From: a virus
DNA: 64,000 nucleotides
IMG/VR virus record: IMGVR_UViG_3300036790_000468
Span: 32,001 to 96,000 of that record
Strand: one strand, 5' to 3'
A program made the translations under genes and the position numbers. This document shows, in pieces, positions 55,482 through 63,915 of this stretch. Below the pieces are notes generated by a model. It saw only the letters and a list, made by a program, of their open reading frames with translations. It ran no database searches and was not told the DNA's origin. Within the stretch, counting starts at the first letter, position 1. Every line of letters begins with the position of its first letter.

Positions 55482-57485
55482 CTACGGGACGAGGGTCCAC
55501 GCCCAGGACGGCGTCCCGGAGTACGTCAGGGTGATCGAGTGGCCCGAGGGCACCGTGAAAGCCCCGGACGTCGAGAGTTGGTTGACACCGTCGATGGCGA
55601 CCTCGGTGACGGTGCCCCCGGCGAGGTGGATCTGCGCGTTGCGCCAGAACGGATTGAGCAGCGCAGTTCCGCTCGACGGGATGGTCGGTGGTGTGACGGG
55701 CCCGACGGCCTGGTCCAGGTTGGTGATCTCCAGGGCGATCGTGCCGTTGACGACGTCGACGGCGGTGGCGCCCGAGCTCATCGCGGCGCTCAGGCTCGCG
55801 CCGGAGTTGCCGTTGCTCGCGATCCCGATGCGCCCGACTGCCGGGGTGGTCGAGACGTCTTTGACGATCGCGCCGGAGCCCCATTCCACGTCGAGGCAGT
55901 TGATGTCGAGTTTGTTGAATCCGCCGTTGAGTACGACGAGGTTCACGCAGTTCTCGATCGAGACGTAGTCGAAGTGGTTGCGGTGCGGGAATCCCGACCC
56001 GGAGAAGGCGACGAGGCCGTCGTAGCAGTTGATCAGCCGTACGTTCGCGCCCTGAACGTGCTCGTAGACCTGCAGGCCGATCACGAGGCCTTCGCAGGAG
56101 AAGTTCCCGATGTTGCACTGGTCGTTGTTGCCAGGCAGTGGCATGGCGACCCCGAAAGCCCAGTTCGGGTCGGGGATCTGCGGGGCGCCGGTGGATGCGG
56201 AGAGCGCGAGCACCGCGGCGTTCGGCAGGTTGGCCGAGCCCATGCAACGGAAGTCCGCGCCGCAGATCTGCGGGTTCGTCGGCACCTCGATCGAGACGCC
56301 GTCCATCACGACCTGCACGTTCGACCACGAACTCGGGGGGTCGCCCATGAAGTGCGGGCTCGGACCGCCGATGACACTGACCTCACCGGTGGCCGGCAGG
56401 CTCGCTCCGGCCGCCCAGGTCGAACGCAGGACCGCGCCGGCGCGCTGCGGCGTGGTCTGCTCCCAGTTGTACAGAGCCGTCTGGTCGCGGGTGCCGACGA
56501 ACGCGAGGACGAGGTGCTGCGCCGACTGCGGCTGTGCGGGGATCGGCAGCTGCGCGGAGCCGAGGAACGTCGCCCCGTTGAAAGCCGCACCGGTGATCGG
56601 TGCCGAGGCCAGGAGGTAGGTGGCCGGGTCGAGCAGGATCTCGGCGTAGCCGTGGTTGGCGACCGCGTAGTTGAACGCCGCGGCGACCGCGGCGCGGATC
56701 GCGGCGGTGTCGTCCGTAGCGTTATCGCCCGCGGCGCCGTAGGCCTTCACATAGAACTGCCACGGCTCGTAGGGGTGGGTGTGGCCGCTGTCAGCGGCCA
56801 GCCCGAGAGAGCCAGCCGCCCCGACACCGACCGGCTCGATGTGCGCGGCGGTCCCGTCGATCTGGATGACGCCCGCCGCCGAGGTGGAGGCGCCCGGGGG
56901 AGCCGATGGAGTGCCGTGCTGGTGGTCCCCGCGCGAATAGGCACTCGCAGTACCCGGCGCTGACCCGATCCCGTAACTGGTCGCCGCCTGCACTGTCGAG
57001 GAGGGCGTTCCGCCGCCGCCTCCGCCGGGCTCCCAGCTCGCCGTCGACGAGCTCGTCGCTGTGAGCACGTTCCCGGCCTCGGGCGTCCCGGACGCGGCGA
57101 TCGGCGTGGTGGTCGTGATGACCGTCGATGCCGGCGGCAGCGGGGAGGCGGGGGAGAATTTTGAGACGTCGACGCTCTCGCCGAGGGTGGAGGGCAGCAG
57201 GACCGGGAACGCCCGGGTCGGGATGGGCCCGGTGAGGTACTCGGCGAAGTTCCAGACCCAGCCTGTCGGGATGAGGTTCTCGTTATCGGTGCACGGCAAC
57301 ATGATCGAGAATTTGCCGCCGTCGAGGTTGACCGTGACCGGGGCCGCGCGCAGGATCACCAGACCGGTCTGGTCGGTCAGGTCGTTGCTCGGGGTGAAGG
57401 TGACGCACCCGCCCATCGGGCCGCCGGCGCCGGTGGGGTAGGTGCCCGTGACCGTGATCAGTGTGAGGTCGTCCGGCAGCAGCAC
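55482..57485 (-). CDS. Tailspike/depolymerase-like beta-helix protein
   Basis: Virion-anchor N-terminus; VKAYGAAGDNATDDTAAIRAA pectate-lyase-superfamily entry motif. Confidence 0.8.
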   Translation of the reverse strand: MLLPDDLTLITVTGTYPTGAGGPMGGCVTFTPSNDLTDQTGLVILRAAPVTVNLDGGKFSIMLPCTDNENLIPTGWVWNFAEYLTGPIPTRAFPVLLPSTLGESVDVSKFSPASPLPPASTVITTTTPIAASGTPEAGNVLTATSSSTASWEPGGGGGGTPSSTVQAATSYGIGSAPGTASAYSRGDHQHGTPSAPPGASTSAAGVIQIDGTAAHIEPVGVGAAGSLGLAADSGHTHPYEPWQFYVKAYGAAGDNATDDTAAIRAAVAAAFNYAVANHGYAEILLDPATYLLASAPITGAAFNGATFLGSAQLPIPAQPQSAQHLVLAFVGTRDQTALYNWEQTTPQRAGAVLRSTWAAGASLPATGEVSVIGGPSPHFMGDPPSSWSNVQVVMDGVSIEVPTNPQICGADFRCMGSANLPNAAVLALSASTGAPQIPDPNWAFGVAMPLPGNNDQCNIGNFSCEGLVIGLQVYEHVQGANVRLINCYDGLVAFSGSGFPHRNHFDYVSIENCVNLVVLNGGFNKLDINCLDVEWGSGAIVKDVSTTPAVGRIGIASNGNSGASLSAAMSSGATAVDVVNGTIALEITNLDQAVGPVTPPTIPSSGTALLNPFWRNAQIHLAGGTVTEVAIDGVNQLSTSGAFTVPSGHSITLTYSGTPSWAWTLVP

Positions 57486-57525
57486 GCGTCACCGCCCCGG
57501 CCGCCAGGCTGCGGCACGTCTCGAG

Positions 57526-58020
57526 TCAGCGCGCGGGTGCGAGGCGAGCGATCTCGCTCGGCGTCACGTAGCCGGCCCACCTGCCGTCATTGAACAACTG
57601 CCACCCGCCGCGCCGCGCCGCCTCGTCGACCCACTGCGAGCAGATCATGTGGTGGGTCGAGCCGATGTAGGCGCGCAGGCCGGGGGCCGGGATGTGCAGC
57701 CGGTGCGCGGCGAGCGCCCCGTAGTCAAGGTACGAATACGGGGTGCCGAGCATGGCCCGGGCCGCGGCGACCACCGCGGTGCGGTACTCATCGGGGCACG
57801 GAACCCAGATGATGGACGCTGGCACATACTCGTCGAGGTCGAACTCCCGCGCTCCTCCGGGCTGCGCCTCACCAGCCCGGCCGCCCCCGAACGCCATGAG
57901 GCAGTGCTCGGCGGTGGTGAACCCGTCTCCGTTGGCCCACTCCAGGAGCTCGATCACGTGCCCGGCCTCGCCGCGGATCTGCGTGCACCCGATGTCGCCG
58001 GGCTGCGGGTCGTACGGCAT
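57526..58020 (-). CDS. Permuted papain-like (YiiX/YaeF, NlpC/P60 superfamily) enzyme
   Basis: PQPGD...EH...GTPYS...ICSQWVD...VTP; His precedes Cys. Confidence 0.8.
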   Translation of the reverse strand: MPYDPQPGDIGCTQIRGEAGHVIELLEWANGDGFTTAEHCLMAFGGGRAGEAQPGGAREFDLDEYVPASIIWVPCPDEYRTAVVAAARAMLGTPYSYLDYGALAAHRLHIPAPGLRAYIGSTHHMICSQWVDEAARRGGWQLFNDGRWAGYVTPSEIARLAPAR

Positions 58021-58455
58021 CTACCCGTCCCCGCTCCCGGCCGGCGCCGGCTCCCCGACTCGCATCTCCGCCACGAGGTACCGGTGTCGGACAGTGCGGT
58101 ACCGCTCGCCGGTGAATTCGGCGTCCATCCGGTCGAGTTCCACTGCCTGCGCCGGGGTGAGGGTGCCTTGGTTCCCGAGCGAGCGGCGGCCGCGTTCGCA
58201 GTGCGCGCGGTACTCATCGGTTGGCACCGGCGTGAGCGGAGTGCCACGCAGCGGTTCTCCGCTCTCGTTGCAGAACTCGACGAGCTGACAGTGAACGAAC
58301 GTGTCGATACCCGCGTTCATGTGCAGCTCGAGCGCGCCTGGTAGAGGTTCGCCGCTGTCCGCGTCGACGATGCTGATGGCGCTCGTAGGGAGCAGTTCGC
58401 TGGGCGCGGCTGGCCATGTGATGATGACCCGGCCGTCGAAGTCCATCCGGCTCAT
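58021..58455 (-). CDS. Hypothetical protein
   Basis: Operon packing. Confidence 0.6.
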   Translation of the reverse strand: MSRMDFDGRVIITWPAAPSELLPTSAISIVDADSGEPLPGALELHMNAGIDTFVHCQLVEFCNESGEPLRGTPLTPVPTDEYRAHCERGRRSLGNQGTLTPAQAVELDRMDAEFTGERYRTVRHRYLVAEMRVGEPAPAGSGDG

Positions 58456-58456
58456 C

Positions 58457-59080
58457 TCAGGCCGATTCATCGTTGGTGACGACGTACCAGTCCTCGGCGA
58501 GCACATCGCTTTGGGATGCGAGCCACGGCACGAGAGAGCCCTGCGCCGTCATGATGTCGATATGCGGCTTGTAGACGACCTGCTGGCCCACGAGCTCGGG
58601 GGCAGCGAGCCCCAGCGGCCGGTCGGCAATGACCGTGATCGTCGAGCCCGGCACCAGGATGAGCCACTGGCCGGGAGCGTTGAAGCCCTCGCGAGAGACC
58701 CGAGCACCGGCCCGCAGTGCGGCGACGGCGCGCCCGAAGTCCATCAGGCGACTGCTCTCAGTGAGGAAGTTGCCGATGGTCGCAGCGAGGGGGTGGGACG
58801 GCTGGTAGGCGACCGTACGGTAGCCGTTCTTGTTGGCCGCGGACCAGCGCTCGAGCTGCTCGGGGCTCGGCCGGTCCGCGAAAAGCGCGACCGAGGTGAG
58901 CCACAGTGTCTCGGCGCTGTCGCCGTGCACGCGCAGGTTCACGGGCTGCCGCTCGACTCCGTCGAGCTCGAACGGGTCTCCCCACGTCCTCACGACCAGC
59001 GCTGGGGCGATGTCGGAGCCGTTGTTCTGGCTCGGGTCGAGCAGGACGTGGACGACCTCGCCGATCCGTGCACCGTGCAT
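58457..59080 (-). CDS. DUF2829 (Tad2-like) domain fused to an N-terminal phage domain
   Basis: MDFGRAVAALRAGARVSREGFN...PWLASQSDVLAEDW. Confidence 0.82.
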   Translation of the reverse strand: MHGARIGEVVHVLLDPSQNNGSDIAPALVVRTWGDPFELDGVERQPVNLRVHGDSAETLWLTSVALFADRPSPEQLERWSAANKNGYRTVAYQPSHPLAATIGNFLTESSRLMDFGRAVAALRAGARVSREGFNAPGQWLILVPGSTITVIADRPLGLAAPELVGQQVVYKPHIDIMTAQGSLVPWLASQSDVLAEDWYVVTNDESA

Positions 59081-59082
59081 GC

Positions 59083-59349
59083 CTAGGCCTCCGGCGCGGC
59101 CGCGGGTGCCTCGGCCGGCACTGAAGGATCTGGTGCCGACGCCACGGTCACGCCGGTGACGGCGGTCTCGACGTCGTGTTCGGCGTCGGCTGCGACCTTC
59201 TCACCGTCGGCCTCAGCCTCGGTCTCGACGGCCGGAGCATCGCCCCTGAGCCTGTCGAAGACGGACCGGAAGGCGTCGGCGAGGTTGTGCTCCTCGTCCT
59301 CGAGCATCGAGATCAGCTTGTGCAGCTCGGTGAGCGCGGCGTTTGCCAT
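59083..59349 (-). CDS. Small acidic protein
   Basis: GGAG RBS; operon packing. Confidence 0.65.
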   Translation of the reverse strand: MANAALTELHKLISMLEDEEHNLADAFRSVFDRLRGDAPAVETEAEADGEKVAADAEHDVETAVTGVTVASAPDPSVPAEAPAAAPEA

Positions 59350-59352
59350 GAG

Positions 59353-59556
59353 TTACTCCAGTTGGGAGAGGGGTTCGATGTCGCCGACACGGCGCAGCAG
59401 CACCTCAAGGCGCTGTCCTTGCCAGGACCCGGACATCAGGACGGTGCGGCCGTTGTCGATGACGGAGTCGAGCTGGACCTGCTGCTCGGAGCCGTATGGG
59501 TCGTTGCTGCGTACGGCGATGAGATCGCCGACGCGGGGAGGCCGGTAGAAAAGCAT
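59353..59556 (-). CDS. Small hypothetical protein
   Basis: Operon packing. Confidence 0.5.
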   Translation of the reverse strand: MLFYRPPRVGDLIAVRSNDPYGSEQQVQLDSVIDNGRTVLMSGSWQGQRLEVLLRRVGDIEPLSQLE

Positions 59557-59964
59557 CTGGCGGTCCGCGGTGTGGGTCGGCTGCTCAGCCCGGATCGGTG
59601 CGAGGGTGGCGGTCGGGCTGATCTCGTGCTCCTGGTGGCGCGGGTCGTCGTGTGCTGTACGGGGGTTCCGGCGCGCTGCAGTGTTCCCTCACGAAACCGC
59701 GCCGGAAGAATGGGGGTGAGCGGTGCCCGGGCCGGTGTCGTTGGCTTTTCCGGGCCCAGTGGGCCCTCCACCTCGGCCGACCCGGGCAGCGGGGCGTTCA
59801 ATGCGTCGGCGGTTTCGCGTGATCGCTGCCGTCGGCGTCTCTGTGCGGTCCGCCCAAGGCCGCGGCGAGATCTATATCAGAAGTTTGAGGATGCCACGCA
59901 CATTTCAGCAGCCAGCGGGCCTGCAGCGCGGGTGCTGCTCCCGGAGCGTGGCCGCACCGTCCCG

Positions 59965-60037
59965 TAGCCGCTGATGGGTTCGAACCACCGACAGCCTCTT
60001 TGTAGGAGAGGAGCTCTGCCAGCTGAGCTAAGCGGCC
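59965..60037 (-). tRNA. tRNA-Val (anticodon TAC), C at position 33
   Basis: Cloverleaf GGCCGCT/AGCGGCT, D arm GCTC/GAGC, loop CCTACAA, TTCGAAC; no encoded CCA. Confidence 0.85.
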
Positions 60038-60065
60038 GTGCCGACCGGTTCCGTCGGCCGGCGGG

Positions 60066-60138
60066 TGGACCAGCGCGGATTCGAACCGCGAACCTGTTCT
60101 CTGCCGAAGAGCCGCTCTGCCGTTGGAGCTACAGGCCC
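60066..60138 (-). tRNA. tRNA-Ala (anticodon GGC), C at position 33
   Basis: G3:U70 Ala identity pair, loop TCGGCAG, TTCGAAT; one mismatch each in the acceptor and anticodon stems. Confidence 0.82.
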
Positions 60139-60143
60139 AGGAG

Positions 60144-60217
60144 TAGCGGTTGCCGGCTCTGCCCCGGCGATCTCTGGGTTATGAGCCCAGCGAGATGACT
60201 AGCTTCTCCAAACCGCG
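60144..60217 (-). tRNA. Initiator-type tRNA-Met (CAT) with a non-canonical T loop
   Basis: C1:U72 mismatch, GGG/CCC anticodon stem, loop CTCATAA, T loop GGCAGAG. Confidence 0.78.
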
Positions 60218-60366
60218 TAGAACGATGGTACGGCGCACCCGCCCAAGATCGCATCCGAATATGCGAAGAGCCGCCCAGCGGCGGGCGGCTCATGCATTGC
60301 GGCGACTACTCACTGATTTCGGACGCACTGCTCCAGGGGCAGCATACGACGCCCGAACGGCGAGTA

Positions 60367-60636
60367 TCAAGTGGGACCCTCCGTCCGCCGTGGCCTGCCG
60401 AGGCGGCGCCGGATCCTGTCCCAGTTCTCGAGCGCGGCGCTGTGGCGTTCGGACTCGACGTTGACCACCTCGAACTCGTTGAACACCGCGCGTCCGGAGA
60501 CCGGGTCGATATAGCGAGGGAGCCGGCCGGCGGCGATCCAGCGTTCGATGGTGCGCCGGCTGCGGCCGGTGATCTCGATGACTTCGGCGAGCGTGAGGGG
60601 CTTGAACAGCGGGTCGTCGGCCGGCGGCGGGATCAC
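60367..60636 (-). CDS. HTH DNA-binding protein
   Basis: LTLAEVIEITGRSRRTIERWIAAGRL. Confidence 0.8.
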   Translation of the reverse strand: MIPPPADDPLFKPLTLAEVIEITGRSRRTIERWIAAGRLPRYIDPVSGRAVFNEFEVVNVESERHSAALENWDRIRRRLGRPRRTEGPT

Positions 60637-61175
60637 GTCGAGGCCTTCGTCGAGACGTAGGTGAACGGGCCGCGCACTCCGGCGCTGAACCGCTCGGCCG
60701 CTTCCATCGCGGTGCGCAGCCGGGTGCGCGCGGGCCTGCCGAAGGTGGCGTGTAAGGCACCGAGGGCGTAGTCCTGGCCGCAGCCGATCGCGGTGAACGG
60801 CTCGGTGCCTTCGCCGACCGCGTAGTCGCTCCAGAGCTTGAACAGGCGCCCGTGCACTCCGATCAGGAGGATCATGTCGCCCGACTCGACCTCGTTCTCG
60901 CGCCTGGCGTGGCCTCCGTCCTTCAGGCAGGTGCGCGCGGCGTCGACGAAGTCGGTGGCCATGAACCGGGCCAGGTCGTCCTCGGGTTCTGGTACGTCGA
61001 AGGCGTACTGCAGGAGCTGGGCGGCGCGCAGGGACCCGGAGACGCCGAACACGTACGGCCCGTTGGCGAAAACCTTCCCGCCGGGACGCAGGTCCAGGCC
61101 CCAGCCGCTGGTGACGGCGGAGTCCCCGGCGAGGTGGACGCGTCCGGCGTGGATGAGTCCTGCGATGGCGGTCAC
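60633..61175 (-). CDS. HslV/proteasome-beta-like Ntn hydrolase
   Basis: (M)TAIAG...AGDS...KVF...GVSGS...AIGCGQDYALGAL. Confidence 0.82.
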   Translation of the reverse strand: MTAIAGLIHAGRVHLAGDSAVTSGWGLDLRPGGKVFANGPYVFGVSGSLRAAQLLQYAFDVPEPEDDLARFMATDFVDAARTCLKDGGHARRENEVESGDMILLIGVHGRLFKLWSDYAVGEGTEPFTAIGCGQDYALGALHATFGRPARTRLRTAMEAAERFSAGVRGPFTYVSTKAST

Positions 61176-62026
61176 GCGACCTCCCGCAGGAACGGCGGGA
61201 CGTCGTTGCCGAAGACCTCCGCGATCATTGCGGGCGAGACTTTGCCGCGGTCGCGCGCGGTGAGGGCCTGCTTCACCGTCTGCGCCTTGTACTCGGCGGC
61301 GGGCATCGTGAACTCGGGGCGGCACACGCGGCACCGAATGTACCCGGTGGGCACGCCGTGCTTGTCGAGCTGGTACTCGAGCGAGAGCTTGTCGCACTCG
61401 GGGCAGCGCACGCCCAGGCAGCGCTCGGGTTCGACCGGCTGGGTCTTGGTCATCAGCTGCAGACGCCGGTAGAGGGTGAGCAGCGTCTTGCCGATTCCGA
61501 GGCGCGCGTCGTGCTCTGGGTGCTCGGCGAGCACCCACGCGAGGTGCCGGCGCAGGAAGATGCTCGAGCGGAGGACCGTATGGAGCGGGTTGATGTGCGG
61601 CTCGCGGTCCGGCAGCGCGCGCGCCTTGCGGATCTTGTCCTCCCACTCGGCGACCCACTCGGCGAGCTCGTCCAGGGCGAAGGTCGCGGCCTGGTGCTCG
61701 TGCACGGCGCGTTCGCGGGTGCCGGCGACGATGCCCTGCGCCTCGGATGCGGCCGCGCCGATCCCGGAGTTGATCTCCATGCTGAGGCGCACCGCGAGCT
61801 CCGGGAGGTCTTGGAGGGCGCCGCGGATCGCGGTCGCGCACGGCGGGCACCACACCGGCTGCCCGTACCGGGGTGCGACCTCGTGGGGCTTACCGTCCTC
61901 GGCCTGGGTCCGCTCGGCGGCGCGGTATCCGGCGTTGCACCGGCCCGGGCACGGCTGGGAGTCAGGATGCTGGTATTCGGCCGGGGTGAGCGGGGGCGGG
62001 GGCGCGTTGCGGTAATCGCGTGGCAT
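61172..62026 (-). CDS. Zinc-finger phage protein, possible late regulator
   Basis: CPGRCN, WCPPC, RCPECD, RCRVC. Confidence 0.7.
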   Translation of the reverse strand: MPRDYRNAPPPPLTPAEYQHPDSQPCPGRCNAGYRAAERTQAEDGKPHEVAPRYGQPVWCPPCATAIRGALQDLPELAVRLSMEINSGIGAAASEAQGIVAGTRERAVHEHQAATFALDELAEWVAEWEDKIRKARALPDREPHINPLHTVLRSSIFLRRHLAWVLAEHPEHDARLGIGKTLLTLYRRLQLMTKTQPVEPERCLGVRCPECDKLSLEYQLDKHGVPTGYIRCRVCRPEFTMPAAEYKAQTVKQALTARDRGKVSPAMIAEVFGNDVPPFLREVA

Positions 62027-62127
62027 CGCACGACTCCAGGGTGAGGGCGGTACTGTGAGGAGTCGGCAACGATCACGCGAGGCCGTCGCAGTGACCGGCT
62101 GCGGCGGCCGAGATCGTTCTGCACATC

Positions 62128-62706
62128 GTGCGCCGTCGAGCCCTCCATACGCAAGTGCGCAAGGGGATGCGTGGCCAGGTGTTCACACGAGTGCGGAGGA
62201 GCGCCGTGAGCGAGGCAGCCGGCGCCATGGACGCGACCGAGCGGGCGTTCGCCGACCCGCGGCCGGGCGACACCTTCCAGGAGTTCTACAACCACCTGAT
62301 TTACATCGTGCGGGCCCAGGAGACTCTGGTGGCCGTCGTCGAGGCGTACCTGCCGTGCCGGCTGCCGCAGGACGGTCGGCTGCGGGTGTTCGCCTCGCGC
62401 GCCGAGTTCCGCGCCGCCTACAGCCACCAGGCGGGCCCGCGGCGCGACCGGCCGTTCATCCGCCTCACCGGCCGCGGAGCGGACGTGCACGGCTGGTACG
62501 AGGAGCTCGTCCTGCGCGCGGCGCCGGAGGCCGGCGAGGTGCTCGCGGCCGCGACTGCGGTCGACGTGGTCGAGGTGCTCGGCGAGCAGTTGCAGCGCTG
62601 GTTCGAGGCTGACGGGCTCGGGCGGATGGCGCCGGACCGGTGCCGCGAGCGTGCCCGCGAACTGCTCGCCCTGGTGGAGGGCGCGGGCTACGCCGCTGCG
62701 GCGTAG
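62128..62706 (+). CDS. Hypothetical protein (start uncertain)
   Basis: Globular-looking ORF opposite to its neighbours. Confidence 0.55.
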   Translation: MRRRALHTQVRKGMRGQVFTRVRRSAVSEAAGAMDATERAFADPRPGDTFQEFYNHLIYIVRAQETLVAVVEAYLPCRLPQDGRLRVFASRAEFRAAYSHQAGPRRDRPFIRLTGRGADVHGWYEELVLRAAPEAGEVLAAATAVDVVEVLGEQLQRWFEADGLGRMAPDRCRERARELLALVEGAGYAAAA

Positions 62707-62714
62707 CTGATGGT

Positions 62715-63059
62715 CTAGCGCGTCATGGTGCCCTTGATGACGTCGCGGTACCAAGGGCTGAAGCCGACCTCGAAGGCCTTGGCCGAGACGTCCCTGCGTG
62801 CGTGCCGACGACCGTCGGCGCCGCGAACCATGATGTTGTAGCGCGGCGCCTCGGCGATGATGGCGAGGTCTTCCGCTTCTTCGGCCGCTGCGCGATCGTC
62901 GTGCCAAGCGAGGTCGACTCTCGCTACCTCGCGCCACCATCGCTTGCTGCCGCGGTGGGAGGACAGGCGTTCTTCCGGCCTGTTTGCAACGCCGATGTAG
63001 AGCAGCTCATCGTGCTCGTCAAAGAGCCGATAAACCGCAACTGGGCCAACGTGCGGCAC
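62715..63059 (-). CDS. GIY-YIG nuclease-domain protein
   Basis: AVYRLF...LLYIG...RLSSH...AEDLAI..EAPRYN. Confidence 0.85.
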   Translation of the reverse strand: MPHVGPVAVYRLFDEHDELLYIGVANRPEERLSSHRGSKRWWREVARVDLAWHDDRAAAEEAEDLAIIAEAPRYNIMVRGADGRRHARRDVSAKAFEVGFSPWYRDVIKGTMTR

Positions 63060-63284
63060 TCACTTCTCCCCTTTGTCGATGCTGGTCTCGCCCGGTTCGG
63101 AATCCACCTTGAGGGCTCGAGCAAGCATTTTGCGGATTCCTTCCGGGGTCATGCTGGCGTACGACGCGATCTGACGCAGTGACCTGCCGTCCGCGTGAGC
63201 CTCGAGCACAAGCTGCTCCAAAGCTTCCTGGCCAGCGGTGTTCTTCAACGCCTGCTTCTTGATTCGGCTGCCCACGTCCTCCAC
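63060..63284 (-). CDS. Small HTH repressor-like protein
   Basis: GRSLRQIASYASMTPEGIRKML. Confidence 0.72.
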   Translation of the reverse strand: MEDVGSRIKKQALKNTAGQEALEQLVLEAHADGRSLRQIASYASMTPEGIRKMLARALKVDSEPGETSIDKGEK

Positions 63285-63310
63285 GCCTTAGATCATCTCA
63301 GGGACGAGGC

Positions 63311-63407
63311 CGTCAAGCCAGTGGACGGCGAGCGGAAACCGGCTGCGTCAACTCGGTTGACAGGCTCATCGTGCCCGGGCACACTCGGACTGTCAACTCA
63401 GTTGACA
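63311..63407. promoter_or_regulatory. Three 17-bp palindromic operators containing TTGACA-like half-sites
   Basis: TGTCAACTCAGTTGACA (63391), CGTCAACTCGGTTGACA (63346), degenerate CGTCAAGCCAGTGGACG (63311). Confidence 0.75.
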
Positions 63408-63432
63408 CTCCGAGCCAGCCTGAGGAGCAGCG

Positions 63433-63864
63433 ATGGACCCCCTCGTCTTCCCGGCCCCGCAGGACCGCCTGCGCCGTGGCGCTAACCGGCGCACGCCGAC
63501 CGGCCGCGCTGCTCGCGTCCGCGTCGGCCGGCACGACTCGGTGGCCCGATACCGCGCGGTGCTCGAAGCGACCGCGCGCCGGGCTAACGGAATCAGGGCC
63601 ACCGCGGCCGCGTACCTGACCGGCCTCGGCGCCGACGCGGAGTTCATCCGCCGCTTTGCCTCCCAGTTCGGCAAGGCCGCCACCCGCATCCACCGCGACC
63701 GCCTGCACGCCGAGCCCGCGCTCGACGGGCTCGCGATCATCAGCGCCCGTGGACGCCACGGCGCGCGCCACCCGCGGCTGATCGAGGTCAACACCTATCC
63801 CGTGGCGATTTTGGCGCACGCCGCACGCTCCTATCCGCGCACCGCCACACTCATCGGAGCCTGA
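63433..63864 (+). CDS. Hypothetical basic protein
   Basis: GAGGAG RBS; divergent from the HTH gene. Confidence 0.65.
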   Translation: MDPLVFPAPQDRLRRGANRRTPTGRAARVRVGRHDSVARYRAVLEATARRANGIRATAAAYLTGLGADAEFIRRFASQFGKAATRIHRDRLHAEPALDGLAIISARGRHGARHPRLIEVNTYPVAILAHAARSYPRTATLIGA

Positions 63865-63915
63865 CGGGCCGTCACCGCCCGTCACGCCCCGCAACCTCCC
63901 GAGAGGAGCACGGAA

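Noticed and set aside
59965-60037. Amber suppressor reading (CTA in the anticodon loop)
   Set aside because: The 5-bp stem fixes a 7-nt loop CCTACAA whose central triplet is TAC; CTA is off-register.
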